In this document: in pieces, positions 25,328 through 38,329 of the stretch
Numbering within the stretch: the first letter of the stretch is position 1
Layout of the letters: each line of letters starts with the position of its first letter
Made by a program: the position numbers and the translations under genes
Notes under the pieces: model-generated
What the model saw: only the letters and a program-made list of their open reading frames with translations
The model's database searches: none
Told to the model about the DNA's origin: nothing
Source: Octopus sinensis
Taxonomy: Eukaryota
Length of the DNA: 64,000 bases
NCBI RefSeq assembly: GCF_006345805.1
Contig: NC_043010.1
Span: 59,024,001-59,088,000, forward strand
Direction of reading: 5' to 3'

Positions 25328-25373
25328 AACACAACGTTTCAGCTGATATACCCTCCAGCCTTCATCAGGTGTC
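25328..25373 (-). ncRNA. Minimal type I hammerhead ribozyme motif within a Penelope-like repeat (about 25280-25520)
   Basis: Minus strand GACAC-CUGAUGA-AGGCUG(loop)CAGCU-GAAAC-GUU-GUGUU: intact core, stem I GACAC/GUGUU, stem II and palindromic minimal stem III AACGUU. Confidence 0.65.
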
Positions 25374-26169
25374 TTGGGGAAATTTCGAACCTGGGTTCTC
25401 ATTCCTCGGGAATGAGGGTATATCAGCCAAAATGTTATGTTAACAACAAACAAGATGAAGTCAAATAGCTGTCAAATGTAAACAATGTACATAAATCCTC
25501 ATCTCTTAAATACAGAACTGTATAAATATATGGGCATATCATATATTTTTTATGTGTGTGTGTATGAAAAGCATTTTCATATTGGGAAGAGTAACGGAAG
25601 AACATTATATTGTTGTGGTAAGTGAAGTTTCCGATGTTTCGGACAAGAGCAGCATCTTTCAGTGTTCAGATGATTGGAGAGCAAAAATAGAGACAGCAGA
25701 GTTTTACCTCCTCAGTAATAAAGGGGTGGCACCACCACTCAGGAGTGTGTGTGTGCATATGTTTACGTGTATGTGTGCAGATATATATATACATATACCG
25801 GAGTAAACACATAAATGTGAAACATGATGGAAAAAAGAGCACTCAAATACCAGGAGTAGAGTAATATGCTTTATTTAAAGCAGCAGAAAATTCAACAAAA
25901 CCTGTTACTCTTCCTTTCAGCTGCACTACGTCCGATGAACGGCAACGGGAAACTCAGAGTAACAGGTTTTGTTGAATTTTCTGCTGCTTTTAAATAAAGT
26001 ATATATATATATATATATATACACCCACACATACATATATATCTATATTTTACATATACATACATATATATATATAATATAAATAATATATATATATGCA
26101 TACATACATATGTATAAGTACATACATCTATACATATATATATATATTTTTATATATTTATATATATCA

Positions 26170-26216
<47 letters not shown>

Positions 26217-28039
26217 ATGTATGTATATATATATGCATATGTGGGCACAGGACATCACAAAACGTGTACAACAAAAAAGTATGAAGCACGAGTGTGTGTG
26301 TGTGTATAAATATATTATCTTTTTTTACATCTGCTTTCAAAGCTGGTATGAGTTGGATGATTGAACAGGATCCAATGAGTCAGAAGATGATGTCTTGTTC
26401 CAATCTCTTAGTTTTAAGATCGTTTCTACTGCCGAATGCCCTTCCTGACGCCAATTGCTTTGCAGTGAGGTTGTGAGGTTGCCTTGTACCTTGCAAGACT
26501 TAACGAGATGTTGAGATGTTAATGCATGACAGGAGATGTAGGGACAGTTTTGTTGTGGGAGAGATTCATGGCTACTTATGTATTTGCTATGTGTTGATGG
26601 GTTAGGCTGGAGCGGGGCCACAAAAAGGGATAAATATGGTGGCGGTGAGATGTTAGAACCTATCTTCATGGTAAGATGTCCTAGAAGGGGAATAGAAGAG
26701 CATGTGGAGATAGAAGAATCAGCATGGATGGGCAAGGTGGCACGAAGAGAGGGTGAGGGTTGAATATAAGCATGGAATGGAGGTGGTCAGATGTAGATAT
26801 GGGGTGAATGGTCAAAAGAGGTAGGGCTGGTCAGCAGATGTTATGAGTGTGGGTGCAATGATAAGAATGAGGGGTGGATGCCAGTTGGACGTAGTGCAGG
26901 CGAAAGGAAGTGGTGAGTGGCAGTACATAAATGGTGACACCAGATGGTTTGTAAGATCAGGTTCTAAAGTAATCGCTTACGTCACAATCAGATCCCTGTA
27001 TTTCTTGCTCCTGTTGCCCTGACCATTCCCTTTTACTCCTTCACTCTTTACAAGGCTATATCCCTCCACCCTTTACTGTCCATAACGTTCAACACTCACC
27101 TAAAGGTCCAGTATATAGACACATAGTCTATAGTGACCAGCTGTTGGACCTACTGCGACCAATCTTCACCCTACAAATAAATAAACTGCTTGACTCGCTT
27201 GAAATAGCAGACAATTCGCACTCTACTCTTTTCACAAACAGGAAGAACAACATGATAACAAAAACCCTACATACATTGTCGTCATAGAGATGGTATGGTC
27301 AGAGCTGGAGTGTCGATGATCATGGAAGTAAACAACAATAATTTAACTGACATACTCATGTTGTTATTGTTGTTGTTGTTGCCAGAATGAGTTTCCTTCC
27401 AACTTAAGATGTTTTCATCTGTCGTTTGTTGTCCATCTGGTGACTCAACATCAGGTCTACTAAATCTACACTGTCTGTACTGTTGATACACTACATCTAC
27501 ACTGTTTCTACACTGTAAGTGTCCCGTTTGTGAACTGTCGATTCCACTGTCTCAAAAGTGATATTCTTTCCCTTTTGTATGTGACACACACACATGAAAT
27601 GAAATGAATAAACCTGTTTAAGCAGCCAAAGTTGTTGTTGTTCTTGTGGCACCTGTCCCTTCCACAGGGTAACACACCTCAGACCAGCTGTTGGTACCTG
27701 ACACCCTCCTCTTCTTGATGTATTGGAACTCTGGGATAACAGTTGATACCCCAAGGTAATTGTACAGTATGGTAAGTATTGGAACACCCTGGAAGCTCTC
27801 TTAGAACATAATCAGGAATGGTGGTTCACAAGAATAATTGTTGGTACACTGGACATTTTTGTTTTCAGTTTTGAAAAACAAAAGAAAGAAATAAAAAAAT
27901 ATTATCAAACAAAAATCGGTCGTTAAGGATGCAGATTTAATGAATTTTATTTTTTACAATGTTTGACTTAATTTCATTTCTCACCATCATTAAATGAGGA
28001 ATGTCTGAGTATTGAGTTTAATTTTAATCAAACTCGGTG

Positions 28040-28480
28040 ACTGGCATTCGTTGCTAGTGGAGCGCTAAGAGTACCATACTAGTGAGATTGTTGCCAGAGC
28101 AACAAGCTGGCCTTCATGCAGATGGCACGTTAAGCACACCATTCAAGCGTGATCATTACCGCATCGCCTTACTAGCACTTGTGTTGGTGGCACATGAAAC
28201 ATTTGAGCAAGGTCATCGCCAGTGCCGTTGGACTGGCTCTTGTGCAGGTGGCACATAATAAGCACCATTTGGGCATGGCCGTTGCCAGTACCACTAAACT
28301 AGCCTTCGTGCCGGTGGCACATAAAAGCACCCACTACACTCTCGGAGTGGTTGGCGTTAGGAAGGGCATCCAGCTGTAGAAACTCTGCCAAATCAGAGTG
28401 GAGTCTGGTTCGCCAGACCTCAGTCAAATCGTCCAACCCATGCCAGCATGGAAAGCGGATGTTAAATGAGGATGAGGATG
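28040..28480 (+). mobile_element. RTE-like LINE 3' UTR fragment
   Basis: GTGCCGGTGGCAC-AAAAGCACC repeats and a GGAAGGGCATCCAGCTGTAGAAAC tail. Confidence 0.75.
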
Positions 28481-28559
28481 TAATCTGTTGTCAGCTGCTT
28501 CAGTTTAGTCTCATGGTTGATATCACTCTACACCAGAAGCAGTGTGACTGACTCAACAT

Positions 28560-29192
28560 CTTGCTTTCTCTCTACCAACATATCTCTTCCTCTCAGTTCA
28601 TCTTTGGGTCACGAGGAGTTTTGTTGGTCTCTCACTCAACTGTGCCCCACACATAATAATCAAGGAGGGCTGATGTGGTTGCAGAAATTGTCTGACAGCC
28701 ATGACTGGGTTCTCCTTCTTGCATGGCATGGTGCAGAGTCCTGTTGCCAGTCATAGAATCTTCAAGCAGCCATCCTCTTGGCCCAGGGTAGCTCTACCTC
28801 CTCCAGGCATTTGATGTAGGCCTCCATGTTGAGTTTGAGGCCATGTGGAAAGATGAATGGAGGCATAATGTCATCATCACTAGTGATTACTCCAAACACC
28901 ATGGCGTTGACTGAATGTTTGATTTTTAGTTCTCTCAGTACATGGCAAGTCCTCACTTTGGCACCCAAACACTCTGAAATGTTCATATTGGAGCTTCTGG
29001 CGCAAATGCCAAAGCAGTACAGCATGTAATTTTCAAATTTCTGTCAATGAATTGTGTCATGGTGCTGTTTTTCACACAGACAGTGCCCAGCTGACCCTAC
29101 TATACTGTGTAGTTGACAAAATCAAGAACAACTAATGCACATGTGCAAAATTAAAAATATAAAATGGCTACAGTTTACCCATCTCACTCTGT
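28560..29192 (-). mobile_element. Tc1/mariner-superfamily transposase relic
   Basis: KHSVNAMVFGVITSDDDIMPPFIFPHGLKLNMEAYIKCLEEV resembles the DDD/E catalytic region. Confidence 0.6.
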
Positions 29193-30018
29193 ATATTTAT
29201 ATATATATATAAATCATATATATCCTCATCCTCGTCATCTAAGGTTAATTTTTCATGCTGTCATGAGTTAGACGGTTTTACAGAAGCTACCAAGCTGGAG
29301 GGCTGCACCAGGCTTCTGTTGTCTGCTTTGGCATGGTTTCTATGACTGGATGCTTTTCCTAATGCCAACCAATTTACAAAGAGTCCTGGATGCCTTTCAC
29401 GTGGCACCAGCACAGGTACCGTTTACATGGCTGAAGTGATAAATCACAGGACTCAATATAAATGCTAAGTATTCTTTAACAAATTTTAACCAAAAGGCTC
29501 CAATTTCTCGTACTCAAAATTCGGGTTTTCTTTTGAAATACCCCCTGTCTGAATATTTTTTGAAATATGAAATGAAAGCTTGAAGAACATTAGGATAAGC
29601 ATTTTCCTTAAAACTTTCCTTTTATACTTCAAAAAAATATTCTGACAAAAGATACTTCAAAAGAATATCAGGCTTGGTTTACCAACGGATGATTGGAAAC
29701 GAGCAATTCTGACCACAAGAAATCAAAACCTTTTAATTATAATGGATTATTTTTATGTATATATCACCTGGCTCTTGGCATCTACACTATTTTATATTGT
29801 TATACACTACTCTCAATTCTTTCTAGATTTTGCCTTTCGTTTCCTCTGGACCTGAATTGTTTAACTAAATCATCTTCCCATCATCGCAAATACCTTCTGA
29901 GTGGTCTTTTCCAGTCTTTTGGATCCTGCACAGCTCCATCTGTTGACTTGCAATGGATTTGGCACAGCAGCACTTTGACTTTGTGTTGGTATTCTGCCCA
30001 ATTCTTGAATCACTTCAT

Positions 30019-30337
30019 TTCAGTTTTACTCTTGCAATGATATTCTTAGCACGAATCTTCCTATGGCCCTTTGCATTCTATCCAATCGATGTTCTTCTTT
30101 CTTCAGATTAGCCCACATCTTCAATAGTGAGGATAGAATGATGCCATCAAAGAGATTATCACAGAGGGCCTTGTCCAACTTTGCTTTTAATATGTGATAA
30201 TCTTTTTGATGGCATCATTCCACCCTCACTATTGTAGATGTGGGCTACTCTGAAGAAGAAAGAACATCGATTGGATAGAATGCCAAGGGCCATGGAAAGA
30301 TTCATGCTAAGAATATCGTTGCAAGAGTATAACTGAA
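30019..30337. repeat. Long inverted repeat (arms about 145 bp, loop about 28 bp)
   Basis: 30019-30164 is the reverse complement of 30192-30337 with scattered mismatches. Confidence 0.9.
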
Positions 30338-31236
30338 GGAGAGTGGTTGGTGTTAGGAAGGGCATCCAGCTGTAGAAACTCTGCCAGATCAGACTGGAGC
30401 CTGATGCAGCCTTCTGGCTTGCCAGACCCCAGTTGAACCGTCCAACCCATGCTAGCATGGAAAGCGGACGCTAAATGATGATGATGATAATATTATAAAT
30501 GTAATAATTTCATAGTAGGCATGTATATGCAGAAAACATGTATTGGATCTCCTATCCATAATTCCTCAGATGAAGATTCAAAAATAGCACTATGTTTCTT
30601 TGATGAAATTGCCATTTATAGTTTATAGAATTTATTAGGAGTCTGTTGAGACGGAGGGATAAAAAAGTATCATGAGAACAGCAATAAAGTATTTTGGTTT
30701 TTGAGTTCAGAAAAGCACTTGGATCTTGTGACTGTTTTTAGAATGATTCTCCTGTTGGCAAAGCAAAGCCTGCAACATTTACTTCCAGTCAGATGTGGTC
30801 AACGTTGTTCCAGCAGGGTAAAGGCAAAACAAGCGTCACCCAATTTGATATTGGGGACTTTTTATCCATCTACACCAAATGGGTTGTTAGGGTACTTAAT
30901 TTCACTAAGAAGTTTACCAATGACAGAGATATAGATGTAATAATTCATGTCAGAAAACCCAGCTTTTTAATGAAATTGCAGCCTGGATCAGACAAACAGA
31001 TCCAGAAGATCGCTTCGTTGTGACTTTGTTTCTATGTTTTTATCCTTTTTATGAAACTAGGCTGGGTCCACTACACCATAAAAGACACTTCAAATGTTTC
31101 TCAGTTTCTTCAAGTATTTCACAGCTGCTAATGATGGGGATTATCTTGCCTTTGTCTTTATATACACAAGATGTATGAAGGGTGTGGAGCCCCTAAACAG
31201 CCACAAAATTTCTTGAAATAATAGTCAAATCTCCAT

Positions 31237-32317
31237 ATGGTGAAACTCTCTGCAATGGGTGTGGGGGATGACCTTTTTAACTGGTTGAAATCCTTCATCC
31301 TCAGCCGAAAGGAGGTAGTCACAGTTCTAGGACAGCACTCTACACCATATGAGATGTCATCGGGTGTACCACAGGGATCTGTCCTTGGTCCCCTCCTGTT
31401 TGTGGCATACATTAATGACATAGATACCAATTTAAAGAATGCCACAGTATTGAAATATGCAGACGACATCAAGCTGTACCTTGAAATCAAGAGGACTGAT
31501 CCTGATGTCTACAACTCTTTCCTGCAATCAGACCTAGACACAATGCAGCAATGGATCACAGACTGGCAACAGAAACTGGCTGTGGACAAGTGTACCACCA
31601 TGCATTTTGGGAGAAAAAACCCTGCGTCCACATACTCCCTCCACAACACTGATATCAAGAAATCCTCTTGCGAGCGTGACCTAGGCATCACTGTCAGCAG
31701 TGATTTGCGTTGGACAAAGCATATCTCTAAAATTGTCAAGAAGGCCGAGGGTGTCTTGGCATCACTCAGCAAGACTTTTGTTAGCCGCTCTCCAGCCATC
31801 TATTTAAAACTGTATACAGCTATGGTACGACCACACTTGGAATTCGCATCATCAGTTTGGAATCCCTATCTTGCTCAGAACATTGACCTCCTGGAATCTG
31901 TCCAGAGACGTGCAACCAAACGCATACCCTCCATCAGACACCTACCATATTCTGAGCGCCTTGTTTCCCTGGGCATGGATTCACTGAAGCTCCGGCGTCT
32001 GGCGACGGACTTGGTAAACACCCACAAGGTTATCAACCACCTCACCAACAACAACACTGAACACCTTTTTGATCTCCATGTGTCTAACACACGTGGACAT
32101 GCCTACAAAGTCAGAAAACAACACAGCTCCCATGACTTTCGGAAACATTTTTTCACGCTCAGGGTTGCTGAAGCGTGGAATAAACTGCCTGCATCAGTTG
32201 TTGACTGCCATGACACTGCATCCTTTAAGGCCCTCATGCTTCCCGAAATCCGTCGAAACTACACCTGATTATATATACACTTTAGATGAGTTGTAGTGCA
32301 CCTGAGCACTGTACACA

Positions 32318-32375
<58 letters not shown>
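31237..32375 (+). mobile_element. 5'-truncated CR1/L2-like LINE: RT C-terminal ORF (31237-32268), short UTR, (ATT)n tail
   Basis: SGVPQGSVLGPLLF, YADD, RDLGI, VRPHLEFASSVWNP, LESVQRRATK and FFTLRVAEAWNKLP motifs; frame is open. Confidence 0.92.
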
Positions 32376-32376
<1 letters not shown>

Positions 32377-32414
32377 ATCACTTCTAACTATTTTACAAAA
32401 CAATGAAACATACT

Positions 32415-32640
32415 GCCTTAACTCAGCATGGCATGGCACAACAGCAAGGGGCCTTAACTCAGCATGGCACAGCACAATGGGAAGGGGCCTTAACTTGGCA
32501 CAGCACAACGGGAAGGACAAGCTTTAGCAAACTGCTTTAACTCAGCATGGCATGGCATGACAGAAAGGTGCCATAACTCAGTATGGCACAATAGGAAGGA
32601 GCCTTAACTTGGTACAGCATGGCATACCAGGAAGGATCAA
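32415..32640. repeat. Degenerate short tandem repeat (AACTCAGCATGGCA...GGCCTT)
   Basis: Several imperfect 30-45 bp units. Confidence 0.6.
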
Positions 32641-34198
32641 CAGGACAGCTTCTTCACCAGTGTGATCCAAGCACTGCAACTGATAGAAGTTTGTGGACAG
32701 TAAGAGGAACTGTGTTAAAAAATGAACTTCATTTAGTCACATTCCACGAGAGTGTTTTGTTCAACCTATGAACATTTCAGCTGATCATAATAATAAAAAC
32801 TATTATTACACCTGCATTTGTTTTAATATTAACATTGAAAAAATTCACATTTTTTGTTAAAAGATTTGGACCTGGGTTTGCACCCCCCCCCAGGCAAATT
32901 TTGTTGCTGGGTCACTGGGTTCAGCTATACCTGTTATTTCCCATTATGAACTCAACTGAATTCCCTTCTCCTCTCTACAAATCCATTTTCTATTGACATC
33001 CATTACTCATTCTTACCACCAACCCCTGTTGGTGTCCATCTTTCATTCCACGCCACCCCCACTCATAACCTCTGGCCCCAGACACTTCTTATCAACACTT
33101 TTTTATACTCACCACATGAAACCAAACACTGTGCCACCCCCACTAACTAATACCACTATACTTCCGCTCTTTCCCACCTAGAGAGATAGATACACAGACA
33201 GAAAGATAGACAGACAGATAGATAGATAGATTGATTGATTGATAAATAGATAGATAGATAGATAGATTGATAAATAGATAGATAGATATGTTTCTTTATT
33301 AGCCACACAGGGCTGCACACAGATGGGACAAATTACAAGGTAGAGTTTTTCTTTTTGGGGATAAAAAAGGGGAGATAGATAGATAAATAGATAAATAGAT
33401 TGATTGATAGATAAGAGGAGAGAGAAAAGACATTCATAAGCATGCATGGTATGACACCTACCTCTAATACAAACCGCCCCCCCCACACACACACACACTA
33501 TTTAATGGAAACGATGCAGTCGGACAGCTAATGTCAGGTGATTGATCTGTGTTGAAGTCATGACCAGACCCCACCAGGCGACCATATGTTTTCATCTCAA
33601 CTAAAGTTATTTCTCTCTTGTCTTTAGACTAATACCATGAAATGGTGCCATAAACACGTTCCTGGCATTTCACCACACTTAGAATAGAGATCTGTCCTAC
33701 CACTTCTCACCCCACTACACTCAACCACCCTCTTCCCTGTACATGGTCACTTGGATTGCTAAAAATAGTGACTAAAATCCCCCAAATCACACGCATACAC
33801 ACACGCAAAAGAACTTAAGCCTAATTGTGAACATAGAACAAATAAAGACAGGTTGGTCATGGCTGGAATATATTTTTTCTTATATCTTTAACTTGTTTCA
33901 GTCATTAGAGTGTGGCCATGCTGGGGCAGCACCTTGAAGAATTTCTAGTCAAATTAATCAACTCCAGAACTTATTTTTATGCTTTTAAAATTGGTACTTA
34001 TTCTATCAGTTAGTTTTGCCGAACTGCTAAGTCATGGGGGATGCAAACACACCAACACCAGTTGTCAAGTAGCATAGGGGACAAACACAGACACAAAGAT
34101 ATGTGCGCATACACACACACACACACACACATGGCAGACTTCTTTCAGTTTCCATCTACCAAATCCATTCCTGAAGCTTTGGTCAGCCCAAAGTTATA

Positions 34199-34510
34199 TT
34201 AGGTCATCAAGTATGAAATTTGTTGTGAGAAATATGGTAAACTTTGACAACTGCTCATTTTGTGCCATTATTATATTTTGGCAATCTTTATTTTTTGTTA
34301 GAAAGCTGACACATCTATTTCTTTATTCTAACTCATTTTGTGCTTTATGAAGTATTTATAAATCATCTTTTACTATTTTTGTTTAGAGATGGGTAAGTCA
34401 GAAATTCATACAGTTTTGAAATATGAGTTCTTTCTTGGGAATACATTGTATTTATAAAACATTAGCAAACTTTTTTTGCTTTTCTACAAATTTCATACTT
34501 GAAACCCTAA
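34199..34510. mobile_element. Mariner-derived MITE
   Basis: TIRs TTAGGTCATCAAGTATGAAATTTG / CAAATTTCATACTTGAAACCCTAA, flanked by TA. Confidence 0.7.
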
Positions 34511-34807
34511 TAGTACATTTGCCCAGCGTACCATGCCGTGGGATTGAAACTGGAACCATGCTTGTGCCTTTAATCATAAGTCTATTCAGTCAGGCATAAA
34601 TCTGGGACTTAAAACCAAAAACAAACCTACAGCCTTTAGTCTTCAGCCTTCAGCTCCTTTCACCTGGTACTCATAAAGCTCCCTCACACCATATATTTCT
34701 AATAAGGCCTAGAGGGGCTGACCCCTCGCACACCTCACACTTTTATAACTCAGCCCACTCTCTTGTCTCATCTCACTTATAATACAGACCTCTTCTCATT
34801 CCCCCTC

Positions 34808-34847
<40 letters not shown>

Positions 34848-35140
34848 TTTCTTCCTCTATCTCTTCCAGAGAATATGTCATGCCTGGGAAAAGCTGTCTG
34901 TTCCCTCAGCCCCGCCCCTTACATTAACTCCAGCCCCACCTCGAATCCATTTCAATGCTGTGTGTGTGTCCATGTGTGCATCAGTCTTTATGCACGTATT
35001 TCTTTATGTATGTATGTGTGAGTCAATATATTTTTAAAAATTCTTTACAGTACGTGCATTTATGAATAGCAGGGTTGATACATAGATAGAGAGATAGATA
35101 CATACATACATACATACACGCATGCACACACACACACACA

Positions 35141-35172
<32 letters not shown>

Positions 35173-35183
35173 GGTTATAAGAC

Positions 35184-35230
35184 TATATATATATAGGAAC
35201 CAACAGTTGCTGACATACAACACTTCAGTT
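35184..35230 (+). promoter_or_regulatory. Putative core promoter: TATA-like TATATATATATAGG plus Inr-like TCAGTT
   Basis: TATA run 35184-35195, TCAGTT at 35225-35230 and ATG at 35252; GC-box-like CCCCGCCCC near 34910. Confidence 0.55.
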
Positions 35231-35251
35231 AAAATTCTTCAAGAACACAAG

Positions 35252-35306
35252 ATGAAGCTTCTGCTAGTCGTTACCATTTCTCTCTTCATAGCCCTGGCTG
35301 TTGGCA
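35252..35306 (+). CDS. Secreted micro-exon peptide gene, exon 1 (signal peptide MKLLLVVTISLFIALAVG)
   Basis: ATG in aagATG context; K plus hydrophobic core plus AVG cleavage motif; perfect GTAAGT donor, phase 1. Confidence 0.85.
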
Positions 35307-35477
35307 GTAAGTATTATTAAATCTGTCTTCTAATCCTGCTGCTGCTGGTCTGCTTATCCTTTAATCTCTGCTGCTGCTGCAGCTGGACTCAGTCTCTAAT
35401 TCCGTTACTTGTGACTCAGATGTAACTTTGCTGTATCTCTATATTGTAACATTATTGCAACTCTGTGATATCGCTTT

Positions 35478-35935
35478 TCTCCTCTAGGCACAAGGCCCGA
35501 AATTTTGGGGAAGGGGGCCAGTCAATTAGATCGACCCCAGTATGCAACTGGTACTTAATTTATCGACCCTGAAAGGATGAAAGGCAAAGTCAACCTCAGC
35601 GGTATTTGAACTCAGAAGGCGGCGAGCTGGCAGAAACGTTAGCACGCCAGGCGAAATGCTTAGTGGTATTTCGTTTGCTGTTACGTTGTGAGTTCAAATT
35701 CCGCCAAGGTCGACTTTGCCTTTCATCCTTTCGGGGTCGATAAATTAAGTACCAGTTATGCACTGGGGTCAATGTAATCGACTTAATACCTATGTCTGCC
35801 CTTGTTTGTCCCCTCTGTGTTTAGCCCCTTGTGGGTAATAAAGAAATAGGTTTTGAACTCAGAACGTAAACACAGATGAAATACTGCTAAGCATTTCGCC
35901 CGGCGTGCTAACGTTTCTGCCACCTCACCGCCTTT
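35478..35935. mobile_element. SINE (+, 35618-35851) inserted in a same-family SINE (-)
   Basis: 13-bp TSD TTTGAACTCAGAA at 35605-35617 and 35852-35864. Confidence 0.85.
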
Positions 35936-36702
35936 ACTCCTATCTCTGGTGGAACTCTGTAGGAACTGTTATGGATATTTGCCATAATGCTAGACATGGA
36001 CTCAGCGAGGATTCCAAGGGGTGGAGTGACAAGCAGGTCAGTGGTGGGGATGCTTCAGAAGTAGGGGTATGGGACAAGACAGCGCCAAAGAATAAAGGCT
36101 ATTGAAGTAGTGATGAAAAGTCAGAGACAGGAGCTTGCCATAGTGGGGTGGGGGCCATGGATGGAATATGTCTGTTAGTGATTTGATGTCAATTTGTCAA
36201 GTGGCCCTCATCTGAATGTGAGTCACAATGTCTGTGTGTACATTGCAACAGAACCATCTCCCAGGTCTTTGCATACATGCATATGTGTGTGTGTATGTGT
36301 GCACATGCATGTGTGTGTGTGTGTGCATATATGTGTATGTGCATGTGTGTGTGTATAAAATGAGATGAAAAGGGAATTAACAAAGTCTTATGTGGGATTT
36401 GTCTTATAAAATATGCTAATTACTTTACTCACAGCTACACATGTATAATATTGTATATCTAAACAGCGATTCTCTCAGCAATATTTCACTGTCTACAGTA
36501 AAGTCTATGTTTTGCTAAAGAGGCCTAATACAATGGAAAGATGTCAAGGGTTGTCTCCCAATTAAGACACTACTAATGTTTCATCCAATACATTTTCCTG
36601 ATGGTATAATTATTTTTAATTAGCTGTGTAAAGTGATTACACAAAGTATGGCCTCTTAACTGTTGTCTTTTTCTATTAATCTTCTTTTCTTTCTATTTTC
36701 AG

Positions 36703-36726
36703 CTCCTAATATTGATGACATTAAAT
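36703..36726 (+). CDS. Secreted micro-exon peptide gene, exon 2 (24 nt, TPNIDDIK)
   Basis: Long pyrimidine tract plus ttttcag acceptor; GTAAGT donor; phase 1-1. Confidence 0.78.
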
Positions 36727-38329
36727 GTAAGTTATTTCCTTGACATCGTTCAATATTCATAACAATACATATTGATTTCTAGCAATAACAAGTAGGGGTG
36801 GGGCCTCTGAAAGGGGTCTCAGGGAGTAGCATGTCCTTGCCTTCCTGAGCTAGTTTGCCACCACATTTCTTAAAAATCGTGGTAGAGGCCTTTGTCTCAG
36901 GACCACTCATGTCTAGAAACTGAGGTTGGGGGTTCTTTCCGTAGAAAATCCAGCTCTAAAAAAGCCTCATGATAGCAAAGGAGAATAGGCACCAGCCAGC
37001 CCAAAGGTTGGGGTGGGTTGCACCTGCCTACCTCGGTTGCTATGGCATTGAGGTAGATCCATCCACCCCCATTAACAGGCACAAAACCTGGATTTAAAAC
37101 AATGGATGATGATGATGCTGAACACAAGATGGCAACCATGAAGAGGTGGGGGAAGTCATTTCTATTGATCTCTGGTAATATTGGTTCCAAATTTTGTTAC
37201 AAGATCAGAAGTTTTGAGGGGAGGGGATAAGTTGATGAAATACCCCCCAGGGCTTGAGAGGTGCTTCTTATTTTATCAGCCCTGAAGGGATGAAAGACAA
37301 GGTTGACATTGGCAGAGTTTGAACTCAGAATGTAACGACAGACAAAAGGCCACAAAGCATTTGGCCCTGCATGCTAAAGATTTTGCCAGCTTGCTGCCCT
37401 CGTCTTTGGTAATATTAATTTCAAATTTTGGCACAGGGCCAGCAATTGTGGGGAAAAGTGAAAATCAATTACATCAACCGCAGTGCTCACTTGGTTCTTA
37501 TTTTATCGACCCTCCCACCCAAGGATGAAAAGCAAGGTCGGAACATAAAGAAAGACAAAATGCTGCTAAATATTTTGCCTCGCATGGTAGCAATTCTCTT
37601 GGCTCACTGCCTTATGATCTCTGGTGATATTGGTTGATATTTTATTGACCTGGGGAGAATGAAAGATAAAGTTGACTTTAATGAGGATTGAACATGGAAT
37701 CTGAACGACACATAATGCTATTCATTATCCTTAGTAAAATTTTACACTTTTACGGGTTTCAGTCATTGGACAGCAGCCATGCAAGAACACCACCATCAAG
37801 CATTCTGAGGTGTCATACATCAACCTCACTATAATGTATAGGTGGCTGAGTACTACTCAGACAATTGCTGTGCCCGTAATGTAATTCTCAGTGCAGAATC
37901 ACCATTACACAGAACGTGACAAGGACGGACCTTGTTGTGTTACAGGTACAATGGTCATCAGGCACTTTTATTTTTATTAGTCTTTATTTAGTGAATGGCT
38001 AAGTTACACTCTCAGCTAAACAAATATATCTCCATCAGAACTATATTCCTTTGCTGCACCTACTTCTGTTTTCTTACATGCACTCACACACACACACACA
38101 CACACATGTAATATATATGTACACATATATATATATATATATATATATGAAACGTATGTAGTTTTTTACTTATTATATATTGATCATTCATTTTTACGCT
38201 TTTTGAGATCTGGTTTTATGTTTTATAAAAATATATATTTTTTGTTATTTATGTTTTGGTTTATGTCTATCACTGTTTGAGTTGCATAATGGTGGTTTTA
38301 CCTCTAATTCATATATATATATATATATA

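Noticed and set aside
30600-31030. Possible piggyBac-like Cys-rich transposase relic on the minus strand
   Set aside because: Too degraded to support by eye.
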